Below the pieces are notes generated by a model. That model was given only the letters and a program-made list of their open reading frames with translations. It was not told where the DNA came from and made no database searches. 24,280 bases of DNA from a virus (Duplodnaviria; Caudoviricetes). Positions 17,256-24,280 of the stretch are shown here, in pieces. Where the stretch lies: positions 1-24,280 of IMG/VR virus record IMGVR_UViG_3300032218_003441; one strand, 5' to 3'. The stretch's first letter is position 1, and each line of letters opens with the position of its first letter. The position numbers and the translations under genes are program-made.

Positions 17256-18054
17256 ACAAACTAGAATTTTTAATTATATCATCCAGTATAACTCTTTGTG
17301 ATTGATTAGTCAAGTATGGTTCTATTCTCAAAGAATTGATTGCATCTAAAATATAAAAAGAATCTGATTCAATGTAGTCATAATATTTTTTATAGAGTCT
17401 GCTCCAAATATATTGATATATTTGTTTTATTCTTAGAGATTTTATATTTTGAATTTTAATGTTCCACATATAATAAAGATCCTGTTTTAATTTAACAATA
17501 TCACACAAAAAACTATCCACATAAGAATCCAAGAAATCTAAAAAAAATAACCGATTTTTATGAAATAAAATATTTGAAAATGTTAAGTCACCATGACAAA
17601 ATGTTCTAGGAGCACATATCTTTTTTTCTTTTACATATTCTTTTAAAAAATTCAGATACTTTTGATAGTTTGTTTTATTTTCAAGTGAGGTTATTTTTTT
17701 GATAATTTGATTTTCAATACTATGTGATTTTTTGTTCGAAATTAAAAAATCAAAATATTCAAATAAAGTTTCGACTACAAAATTAATATCATTAAGGCAA
17801 GAAGAAGAAAAATATTCATTAAAAGAAAATGCAGAGATATACTCCATTTCAAATGAATACAGTTCCCCTTTTTGAATATTCAAAACTTTTGGGGCATCAA
17901 TATTTTTAAGAATAAAATTTGAAAATAAAACTTGTTTATCAATTTGTTGTAACAATCTAGAATTATATTCTTCACATGAAGAATATTTTTTAAGAATATT
18001 TGGATTGATAAGTTCTATTTTACATCCAGATAATCCACTTTTAAGATTACTCAT
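17215..18054 (-). CDS. APH/choline-kinase-like phosphotransferase
   Basis: SGLSG, FEMEY, CHGDLTFSNILF and FLDF. Confidence 0.85.
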   Translation of the reverse strand: MSNLKSGLSGCKIELINPNILKKYSSCEEYNSRLLQQIDKQVLFSNFILKNIDAPKVLNIQKGELYSFEMEYISAFSFNEYFSSSCLNDINFVVETLFEYFDFLISNKKSHSIENQIIKKITSLENKTNYQKYLNFLKEYVKEKKICAPRTFCHGDLTFSNILFHKNRLFFLDFLDSYVDSFLCDIVKLKQDLYYMWNIKIQNIKSLRIKQIYQYIWSRLYKKYYDYIESDSFYILDAINSLRIEPYLTNQSQRVILDDIIKNSSLYAKFNCANGGEVF

Positions 18055-18767
18055 TTATGATATTTTGAATTATCTTTCAATAAGTGTACTATCTTTGGAT
18101 CAAATTTACAATAGTCAGAAAATACTTCTGGATATGCATACTCAGGACCAAGAGTATGAACTTTCTCTTTATTCAAAATAAAAAACTTATTAAAATAAGA
18201 TTCTTCATACCAAACAGGGATAGAATCGTGAGTCAAATCCTCTTGAGTCCACCTATCAAGTTCTTCCATCATATCAAAAATTTGTGGTACTTTTCCACCC
18301 CACAAACATCCCTGATAGTAAACAGAAAGATCCATGTCTTCTGTTACACACGCTTTTGATTTTGGATTAATATCAAAAGATCCAGGAAACTTATCATGAG
18401 GATTCATACCAAGATAATGGCATGGATGATGAACACCAAAATAATCTTTGGTATCATCAAAAAATTCATCATAAAAAATAATTGTTGCGGGTTTCATATC
18501 AGCATCAATTGATACAAACCAATCACAATCTTGAATATATTCTTTTGATTTTAATAGATTTTCAAAAGTACGATTAAAAGTTTCTGGCCAACCATAATGA
18601 TCAGAATGAATTTTTATTACATCTTCTGGCCAATCCCCTTCACCGTCAGTAAAAACTAGAAACACTTTTTCAACATCTGGAACAAAATTATCCTTTAAGG
18701 TAGTATACCAATCTGGAAGATAATTTAAATACTTGCCAGTTCCAACAAAAGAAATTGCAATTTTCAT
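18051..18767 (-). CDS. Glycosyltransferase family 6 (ABO / alpha-1,3-Gal(NAc) transferase-like)
   Basis: FVGTGKY, VFTD, IDADM, HHP, YYQGCLWGG, WYEESYFNK and LGPEYAYPE. Confidence 0.88.
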   Translation of the reverse strand: MKIAISFVGTGKYLNYLPDWYTTLKDNFVPDVEKVFLVFTDGEGDWPEDVIKIHSDHYGWPETFNRTFENLLKSKEYIQDCDWFVSIDADMKPATIIFYDEFFDDTKDYFGVHHPCHYLGMNPHDKFPGSFDINPKSKACVTEDMDLSVYYQGCLWGGKVPQIFDMMEELDRWTQEDLTHDSIPVWYEESYFNKFFILNKEKVHTLGPEYAYPEVFSDYCKFDPKIVHLLKDNSKYHK

Positions 18768-20059
18768 AAAAACTTACCAATAACAGTTTCAATATACTGA
18801 AGCATATCTTCATTAATAGTTGGGGAGCATCCCAAGAAAAATACTTTATCTAAGACTTGATTTGCTTTAGGGTACTTGAGAGCATCATCTAGATGATTAT
18901 ATCCCGGATGAAGAAGAATATTGCCAGCAAAATAATTACGAGTCTGAATCCTATTGCTCTCAAGATGAGTAACTAATTTCTGTTTCTGCTCTTTTGTAGA
19001 GCATATGATAGGTACTCCAAACCAACTTGTTTCTGCTTGAGGTCTTTCATTAACAATTCGCACACCATCAATTTTTTCAAGTGCTTGTTGGATCCTCAGT
19101 TTATTTAATCTACGAAGATTATGAATCTCATCAAACTTTTGAATCTGAACAGTTCCAATACCTCCCTGCAAATCAAGAGGTTTTAAATTATATCCCATAT
19201 TAGAAAACACATATTTGTGATCTACAGCACCATTGTAATCTGGCAACCAGTTATCAAATCTTTTCCCACAAGTCCCACAAGATAGAAGATTCTGCGCACC
19301 CACACAATAACAATCACGGCCCCACCAAGCAAAACTGCGGGCAAGATCAACAATTTCTTTTATATTAGAAGAGACCATTCCACCTTCAATCGTACAAATA
19401 TGATGCGCAGGATAGAAAGAACAAGAGGATGCAACTGCATAATCAGTCAAATAATTATCTGACCATTTACTACCAAGACTATCACAATTATCAGCAATTA
19501 GTGCAATGCTATTTCTTCTACAAAGATCAGCAAACTTACCAATATCATATGGATTTCCAAGAACAGGAGAAGAAATTGCTGCTACAGTTCTACTTGAAAT
19601 TTTACTTTCAATTTCTTGCAAATCCCAATTGAGATCTTCCCAATCAATATCCACAAATACTGGTTTCAATCCACACTGAACAATAGGTGCAATTGTAGTT
19701 GCAAATCCACATGCACATACAATTACTTCATCTCCATCTTGCCACCCAAAATGTTTCTTAAGAGCAGCAAACATGACTAGGTTGGCAGAACTACCAGAGT
19801 TCACCATCACAGAATGTTTAAAATTAAACTTTTTAGAGAACTCTCGCTCAAACTTATTTACATTCTCCCCAGATGACAACCATTTACCGTACAAAATAGA
19901 ATTGATAATTTCTTTTATTTCAAGATCAGTCCAATAAGGTCCAGAATAATATACAGTATCTTTATTCGGATCAAAATCTTTTTTATTTGCTAGGTATGGA
20001 AATATATTCTGACCACTATCCTTTACAGTGGCGAGAAAATTATCTATCAACTCAGGCAT
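18764..20059 (-). CDS. rfbH: NDP-4-keto-6-deoxyglucose 3-dehydratase (RfbH/DdhC-like)
   Basis: VNSGSSANL, DNCDSLGS, SFYPAHHICTIEGG (His in place of the PLP Lys), WGRDCYC..CGTCGKRF Fe-S cysteines, DHKY, GYNLK and SWFG. Confidence 0.88.
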   Translation of the reverse strand: MPELIDNFLATVKDSGQNIFPYLANKKDFDPNKDTVYYSGPYWTDLEIKEIINSILYGKWLSSGENVNKFEREFSKKFNFKHSVMVNSGSSANLVMFAALKKHFGWQDGDEVIVCACGFATTIAPIVQCGLKPVFVDIDWEDLNWDLQEIESKISSRTVAAISSPVLGNPYDIGKFADLCRRNSIALIADNCDSLGSKWSDNYLTDYAVASSCSFYPAHHICTIEGGMVSSNIKEIVDLARSFAWWGRDCYCVGAQNLLSCGTCGKRFDNWLPDYNGAVDHKYVFSNMGYNLKPLDLQGGIGTVQIQKFDEIHNLRRLNKLRIQQALEKIDGVRIVNERPQAETSWFGVPIICSTKEQKQKLVTHLESNRIQTRNYFAGNILLHPGYNHLDDALKYPKANQVLDKVFFLGCSPTINEDMLQYIETVIGKFL

Positions 20060-20877
20060 AATTCTTTAATTCCTTGTTCTAATGTAATCTTTTGTTTAAA
20101 TCCTAAACTGTTCAATTTAGATGTATCCATCCAGAAATCTTTAACTTGAACTATGCTATGAAACTCTGGTGTTTCGATAGAAGTGATTGGTGAATTGGAC
20201 TGCAATATTTGTTTTGCTATTTCTATTATATCACGTACAGTGATTGGATGTCCACTGCCAATATTGTAGATTGTGTTCAATTCACCCTTTTCTACAACCA
20301 AATCTATAGCATTAGAAACATCATCCCTATGCATCAAATCTCTAATGGGAGTGCCATCATCATATAAAGAAACTTCCATATCTCCTTTTAGAAGATTGAT
20401 CATGTACTGAATAGCATTTTTCTTTTTCGATACTTTATTATCACCAGAACCATAAACATTACAAAGTCGAAGAATTCTATAATTAACTTTGTATGTTTTG
20501 CAAAAAGAAATTAAAAGGTCTTCTGCTGCCTTTTTAGTAATTGAATAGAATCCTGTTGGTTGGCAGAAGTATTCTTCTTTTGCTGGCAATTGAGTTTCTC
20601 CATAAACAAACCAAGAACTGATAAAATTAAATACAATATCAGTATCTCTACAAAAATCCAAAACTTCGCAGAGAATTTTGAGATTAGTTTCAACATCCAA
20701 AGTAATATTCGTATGAATATTATAGTTGTCAACTGTAGAAATAAAATATAAAATATTTTTACTTTTTGGAATTCTATCTTCTCTATTAATTTTAATAATT
20801 TTATCAGGATAAAGATAACAATATCGACTACCAATAAATCCAGTTGACCCAAAAACAGATATCAAATTTTGATTCAT
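20047..20877 (-). CDS. NAD-dependent epimerase/reductase
   Basis: GSTGFIG, ISSWFVYG, YSITK, LRLCNVYG and RDLMHRDDV. Confidence 0.88.
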   Translation of the reverse strand: MNQNLISVFGSTGFIGSRYCYLYPDKIIKINREDRIPKSKNILYFISTVDNYNIHTNITLDVETNLKILCEVLDFCRDTDIVFNFISSWFVYGETQLPAKEEYFCQPTGFYSITKKAAEDLLISFCKTYKVNYRILRLCNVYGSGDNKVSKKKNAIQYMINLLKGDMEVSLYDDGTPIRDLMHRDDVSNAIDLVVEKGELNTIYNIGSGHPITVRDIIEIAKQILQSNSPITSIETPEFHSIVQVKDFWMDTSKLNSLGFKQKITLEQGIKELCLS

Positions 20878-20922
20878 CAATTTCCCACAAGTTTCATTTA
20901 AGTTAAAAATTAAATTCAGTCA

Positions 20923-21468
20923 TTATACAGGATGCCATAATAAAGGATCCTTTAATTCAGAATTAATTGAATTATTTTGAATAGAATATTTATTCAAAAG
21001 TTCTAAAGAATGTGGAGGTATTGGAGATTCTTTTTCTTTTAATTCTCTTTTTTGTTTTTCCAAACAATAAATTCTATCCCTTAGTTCTGTTGAAGAATAA
21101 TTATGTCTTCTTAAATGATAATGTATTTCAATTCCATGGTCAATACAATATTGCTTTCCGGTAAAATCCCTATTTTCATACTCTTCACTCAAAAATCTAA
21201 TATCAATAGATTGAGTTTGGATTAGATTAAGAAGATCTACCTCAGTTTCATAAACTAAAATTTCATCAACATATTTACATGCCTGTAACTGAACATATCT
21301 TTCATAAACCGATTGACTAGGTTTATTTTTAATCCCAAATCTATCAATTGTAGGATCAACTTGCAACGCTACTTTTAAATAGTCACACATCTCCTTCTCC
21401 ATTCTGAGCATCGTAACATGTCCAGCATGAAAAAGATCAAATGAACTACAATTAAAACCAATTTTCAT
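20923..21468 (-). CDS. Cytidylyltransferase (TagD/glycerol-3-phosphate CT-like)
   Basis: SFDLFHAGH, YERYVQLQACKYVDE and RRHNYSSTELR. Confidence 0.88.
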   Translation of the reverse strand: MKIGFNCSSFDLFHAGHVTMLRMEKEMCDYLKVALQVDPTIDRFGIKNKPSQSVYERYVQLQACKYVDEILVYETEVDLLNLIQTQSIDIRFLSEEYENRDFTGKQYCIDHGIEIHYHLRRHNYSSTELRDRIYCLEKQKRELKEKESPIPPHSLELLNKYSIQNNSINSELKDPLLWHPV

Positions 21469-22259
21469 TTAATTACCATCCAAGTTTCAAGAATAAGATC
21501 TTTAATATCTAGGTGTTCATTATTAGATCCAGCAAACCACCCAGAAGGTGCTACAACCTGTTTACTGTTTGCTAACCAAGCACCCCACCAAGAGAATGAA
21601 GAATTAGCAATAATATGACCAGAGCACAATGTCATCAAGCACAGATCAACATAATTACTATTTCCTTCAGCAATAAGAAATCTATCTGAAGAAAATAGTT
21701 CTTGCTGACTGCACCAATTTGGATCATCAGAGAATACAAGAACTAATTCATTATCAAATTTCTCCAATGCTTTCTGATAATAATCCAATTCCAGTGCAGT
21801 ATGATTTGGATTAGTAACATAATCAGTTCTACGAACATGAAGTGAAATTGGAGAAGTATCCAATTGAGAAATCATTTCTTTACATGGTTCCAGGATTTCA
21901 TCTTTGAATGCAAAATCAAATCTAATCTCATCTTCAATATGTTTAAAATATTTTTCTGATTGAAAATATCCCTGCAGTGAAACCCAATCTGAACATTCAT
22001 TAAAGATCTTTTCATTAAAAGAAAAAGTTTCTTCCGCAATAATTGGTCTACTAACATCAATAAATTGAACATTTAATGAAGAAAGACTTTCTAATTTGAA
22101 GGGAACAAATAATTGATGTTCTCTCCATTCATCTTTATTCTGACTAGGTGGAATACAATATTCATATCCATTTCTTCTTGCAATTCCTTTAAGAGAAGCA
22201 TACTGGAACATTTGATTTCCCAATCTACCCAATTGCCCAAGTGCATTAAATCCTATCAT
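21465..22259 (-). CDS. Alpha-1,2-fucosyltransferase-like, glycosyltransferase family 11
   Basis: GRLGNQMFQYA, GYFQSEKYF, LHVRRTDY, VFSDD and IIANSSFSWWGAWL. Likely start is MIGFN at 22259. Confidence 0.93.
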   Translation of the reverse strand: MIGFNALGQLGRLGNQMFQYASLKGIARRNGYEYCIPPSQNKDEWREHQLFVPFKLESLSSLNVQFIDVSRPIIAEETFSFNEKIFNECSDWVSLQGYFQSEKYFKHIEDEIRFDFAFKDEILEPCKEMISQLDTSPISLHVRRTDYVTNPNHTALELDYYQKALEKFDNELVLVFSDDPNWCSQQELFSSDRFLIAEGNSNYVDLCLMTLCSGHIIANSSFSWWGAWLANSKQVVAPSGWFAGSNNEHLDIKDLILETWMVIK

Positions 22260-23172
22260 TTTTATACCATTCGAGGGTTTTATCAAGTCCTTGTTCTATA
22301 GAAAATCTTGGAGACCATTTCAATTCATGACGAATCTTGGTAATGTCCGTTGAATAACGACGATCGTGCCCAGGCCTATCCTGAACATATTCTATCATAT
22401 TTTCCTTCATGTTCATACGATCAAGAATCATTCTAACTAAATCAATATTCCTGATTTCACACTCTCCACCAATATTATACTTTTGCCCTATTCTACCACG
22501 ATTCCAAACTTCCACAAGTGCCTCACAATGATCCTGCACATATAACCAATCACGAACTTGCTTTCCATCACCATAAACAGGAATCTTTTTACCTTGCATC
22601 AGATTTGCAATTGTCTTTGCAATCATCTTTTCAACATCTTGTCTAGGTCCATAGTTATTGGAGCAGTTTGTAATGATTGTAGGCAGACCATAAGTAGTAT
22701 GATATGCCATCACAAAATGGTCACTTGCTGCTTTAGATGCTGAATAAGGATTTCTTGGAGAATAATTTGATGATTCAGTAAAATATCCTTCTTCTATAGA
22801 ACCATAAACTTCATCAGTTGAAATATGCATAAATCTTTGAACTTCATATTTCACAGATAAATTGAGAAGATTTACTGTTCCATTAATATTTGTGTGAAGA
22901 AATTGCGAACAATCTTTAATTGAATTATCTACATGACTTTCTGCGGCAAGATGAAAGATTGTTTTTGGTTTATGTTTTTTAAAAATATATTCACAATTAT
23001 GCTCATCAGCAATGTCGGTAGCATAAAATTTCATTCCATCTGGAACATTATTTCTATCTGCAGCATAGGTTAGTTTATCAATGCATATAATTTCTTCATC
23101 TACAGTTTTAGTCAAATGATGAAGAAGATTGCTGCCAATAAATCCCGCACCCCCAGTAACTAATATTGTCAT
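22246..23172 (-). CDS. rfbB: dTDP-glucose 4,6-dehydratase
   Basis: TGGAGFIGS, DKLTYA, HLAAESHVDNSI, ISTDEVYG, PYSASKA, NCSNNYGP and DRPGHDRRY. Confidence 0.96.
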   Translation of the reverse strand: MTILVTGGAGFIGSNLLHHLTKTVDEEIICIDKLTYAADRNNVPDGMKFYATDIADEHNCEYIFKKHKPKTIFHLAAESHVDNSIKDCSQFLHTNINGTVNLLNLSVKYEVQRFMHISTDEVYGSIEEGYFTESSNYSPRNPYSASKAASDHFVMAYHTTYGLPTIITNCSNNYGPRQDVEKMIAKTIANLMQGKKIPVYGDGKQVRDWLYVQDHCEALVEVWNRGRIGQKYNIGGECEIRNIDLVRMILDRMNMKENMIEYVQDRPGHDRRYSTDITKIRHELKWSPRFSIEQGLDKTLEWYKNDRI

Positions 23173-23221
23173 ATGATAAAGTATTTTTTATCATTATACC
23201 AAAAAAGGAGAGTTTATGCAA
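23173..23221 (-). promoter_or_regulatory. Glycan-cluster promoter with downstream palindrome
   Basis: TTGCAT (23221-23216), 17 nt, extended -10 TGgTATAAT (hexamer 23198-23193). Inverted repeat ATGATAAA-N6-TTTATCAT (23173-23194) covers the start region. Confidence 0.7.
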
Positions 23222-23228
23222 CTCTCCC
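23201..23228 (-). terminator. Rho-independent terminator after the ncRNA
   Basis: GGAGAGTT-GCATA-AACTCTCC followed by T6. Confidence 0.88.
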
Positions 23229-23231
23229 ATT

Positions 23232-23360
23232 AGGTCTTTCATGCACGCCACCAATTCTTTAACTGGAAATTGGAAACCAGGCGGGAGAGAGTCCCATCCG
23301 CACCAACGTCATTTGAGAGATGCCGTAAACTCATAACAGGGTCATACTTGACTCCACCAC
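23232..23360 (-). ncRNA. Structured pseudoknot RNA, manA-like motif (3' part)
   Basis: GC-rich non-coding stretch containing the GAGUC..GACCC hairpin, pseudoknot UGAG/CUCA with ACGGCAU:AUGACGU, hairpin GCGGAUGGGA..UCCCGC, and pseudoknot CUGG/CCAG with CCAAUU:AAUUGG. It lies upstream of sugar genes in a cyanophage. The family name (manA versus wcaG) is from recall and unverified. Confidence 0.65.
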
Positions 23361-23594
23361 CTAATTTGTCTTAACTAGGAAAAGTTGTACAACTTTTGAT
23401 ATCTCGGAAATACCAAAAAATGCACAAAGGAATAGAACATCCCAGAGTTTAAGTTTAATTGCAAAAGGTATTGTGAGTAGTCCCCCAACAACTTTTATCA
23501 TTAATCCACATTTAAAATCTCCCCATAGCATAGTTTGATAACCAATAATGAGAAGAAGATTTCCAAGATATCGTAAGATACTTGTTTTAGGCAT
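23361..23594 (-). CDS. Small multi-TM membrane protein (77 aa)
   Basis: ORF with about three hydrophobic segments, flanked directly by structured RNA on both sides. Confidence 0.7.
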   Translation of the reverse strand: MPKTSILRYLGNLLLIIGYQTMLWGDFKCGLMIKVVGGLLTIPFAIKLKLWDVLFLCAFFGISEISKVVQLFLVKTN

Positions 23595-23641
23595 AAGGGG
23601 TTTGCTCCCGACCAGTGCGCTTTTTAAGTCATCCCGAGACT
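23595..23641 (-). ncRNA. Structured RNA module, probable 5' part of the manA-like RNA
   Basis: AGUC-UCGGGAU-GACU stem, A-run, UGGU, then GGG-AGCAAA-CCC hairpin. Begins right after TAAATA (23646-23641). Confidence 0.45.
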
Positions 23642-23643
23642 AT

Positions 23644-23898
23644 TTAATCCCAATCAAGAATATCATTAGGATCCATATAACATGGTTGATCAGTCAACCA
23701 TTTCGCATACTCAATATCTTCCATTGCAAGAGAACATTGCATAGAATTATCGAACAAATAAACGTCATGCCACCTTTTAGAATAATAATCTTGAGTTTGT
23801 AGTCGAAAATCAGGTTTACCATTGAGTTCAATGATGCCTTTTTCTACAAAACGAAATCCTTCGCGTTCCAAAAGAACTTTAGGAAGTGTAGTTGTCAT
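23644..23898 (-). CDS. Hypothetical phage protein (84 aa)
   Basis: ATGA overlap with the upstream ORF, plausible composition. Confidence 0.8.
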   Translation of the reverse strand: MTTTLPKVLLEREGFRFVEKGIIELNGKPDFRLQTQDYYSKRWHDVYLFDNSMQCSLAMEDIEYAKWLTDQPCYMDPNDILDWD

Positions 23899-24110
23899 GC
23901 TACTTCTACAGTTTCAAGATCTTGAGCAAGACATTCAATTAGAATGTCATAATTATCCAAAGGATCTTCAGAGAATACTACACCTTCATTTTCATAATAG
24001 CGACGAACTTTTTTGTAAAGTTTTGGATTCTTTACATCAAGATAAAAATCACCATTAACAGCAGAGCGAAGAGTGCTGATATCTTTCTTGAATTTAGCAG
24101 TGAGAGTCAT
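23895..24110 (-). CDS. Hypothetical phage protein (71 aa)
   Basis: First ORF after a consensus sigma70 promoter, with AAGG upstream. Confidence 0.8.
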   Translation of the reverse strand: MTLTAKFKKDISTLRSAVNGDFYLDVKNPKLYKKVRRYYENEGVVFSEDPLDNYDILIECLAQDLETVEVA

Positions 24111-24132
24111 TGTTTTGAATATTGACCTTAGT

Positions 24133-24162
24133 ATTATAAGGGTTTGACAGGGGTTCTGTCAA
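24133..24162 (-). promoter_or_regulatory. Sigma70 (early-type) promoter within an inverted repeat
   Basis: TTGACA (24162-24157), 18 nt, TATAAT (24138-24133). Inverted repeat TTGACAG-N5-CTGTCAA (24144-24162). Confidence 0.8.
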
Positions 24163-24163
24163 G

Positions 24164-24236
24164 TGCTGGTTGCGAGGATCGAACTCGCCTCCCATCGATT
24201 ATGAGTCGATTGCATTCGCCAGATTGCTAAACCAGC
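24164..24236 (-). tRNA. tRNA with CAT anticodon (elongator Met or lysidine Ile2), CCA not encoded
   Basis: Acceptor GCTGGTT/AACCAGC, D-loop TGG, anticodon arm ATCGA-CTCATAA-TCGAT, T-arm GCGAG-TTCGATC-CTCGC, discriminator A. Confidence 0.93.
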
Positions 24237-24240
24237 ATTC

Positions 24241-24263
24241 GCTATTCGCAAACAGCGAATAGC
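24241..24263. repeat. Perfect inter-tRNA hairpin
   Basis: GCTATTCGC-AAACA-GCGAATAGC, a 9-bp perfect inverted repeat. Confidence 0.85.
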
Positions 24264-24265
24264 AA

Positions 24266-24280
24266 TACGAGTGCCTGGAT
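24266..24280 (-). tRNA. 3' end of an upstream tRNA (truncated by the window)
   Basis: Minus strand AT-CCAGG-CACTCGT-A fits T-loop end, T-stem, acceptor strand and discriminator. Only 15 nt are visible. Confidence 0.5.

Noticed and set aside
5069-22743. Short plus-strand and off-frame ORFs inside the glycan genes
   Set aside because: Shadow ORFs of a contiguous minus-strand operon.
23232-23360. tRNA, tmRNA or CRISPR interpretation of the GC-rich intergenic region
   Set aside because: No T-loop or cloverleaf, no tag reading frame, and no identical repeats with spacers.
23548-24058. Plus-strand ORFs 23548-23802 and 23822-24058
   Set aside because: Antisense to coupled minus-strand genes that have a clear promoter.
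1-24280. Cyanobacterial chromosome origin
   Set aside because: T4-type late promoter, capsid-targeting-like leader, dense micro-ORFs, short phage-type hli genes and the psbA context all favour a cyanomyovirus.

Overview
Fragment of a T4-like cyanomyovirus genome, probably a freshwater or picocyanobacterial phage. Almost everything is on the minus strand. From right to left: the end of a tRNA cluster (one complete tRNA-CAT plus the 3' end of another tRNA); two small hypothetical genes; a structured ncRNA made of pseudoknot modules (manA-like) that appears split by a 77-aa membrane-protein ORF; an ~18.4-kb AT-rich cluster of 21 nucleotide-sugar, glycosyltransferase and glycan-modification genes (rfbB, GT11, TagD-like, rfbH, GT6, kinase, NTP-transferase/HAD, glf, WcbI, GT8, two GT4, GT25); a cyanobacterial Som-type porin; an hli / 28-aa peptide / hli operon; a late-promoter pair encoding a C39-like peptidase and an HEXXH protease with a T4 capsid-targeting-like N-terminus; four small plus-strand ORFs; and the 5' part of psbA with a structured leader. 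Notable regulatory features are HLR1-like 10-bp repeats at psbA and hli, and terminator hairpins that carry the -35 box of the next promoter. All family assignments come from motif recognition by eye, not database searches.
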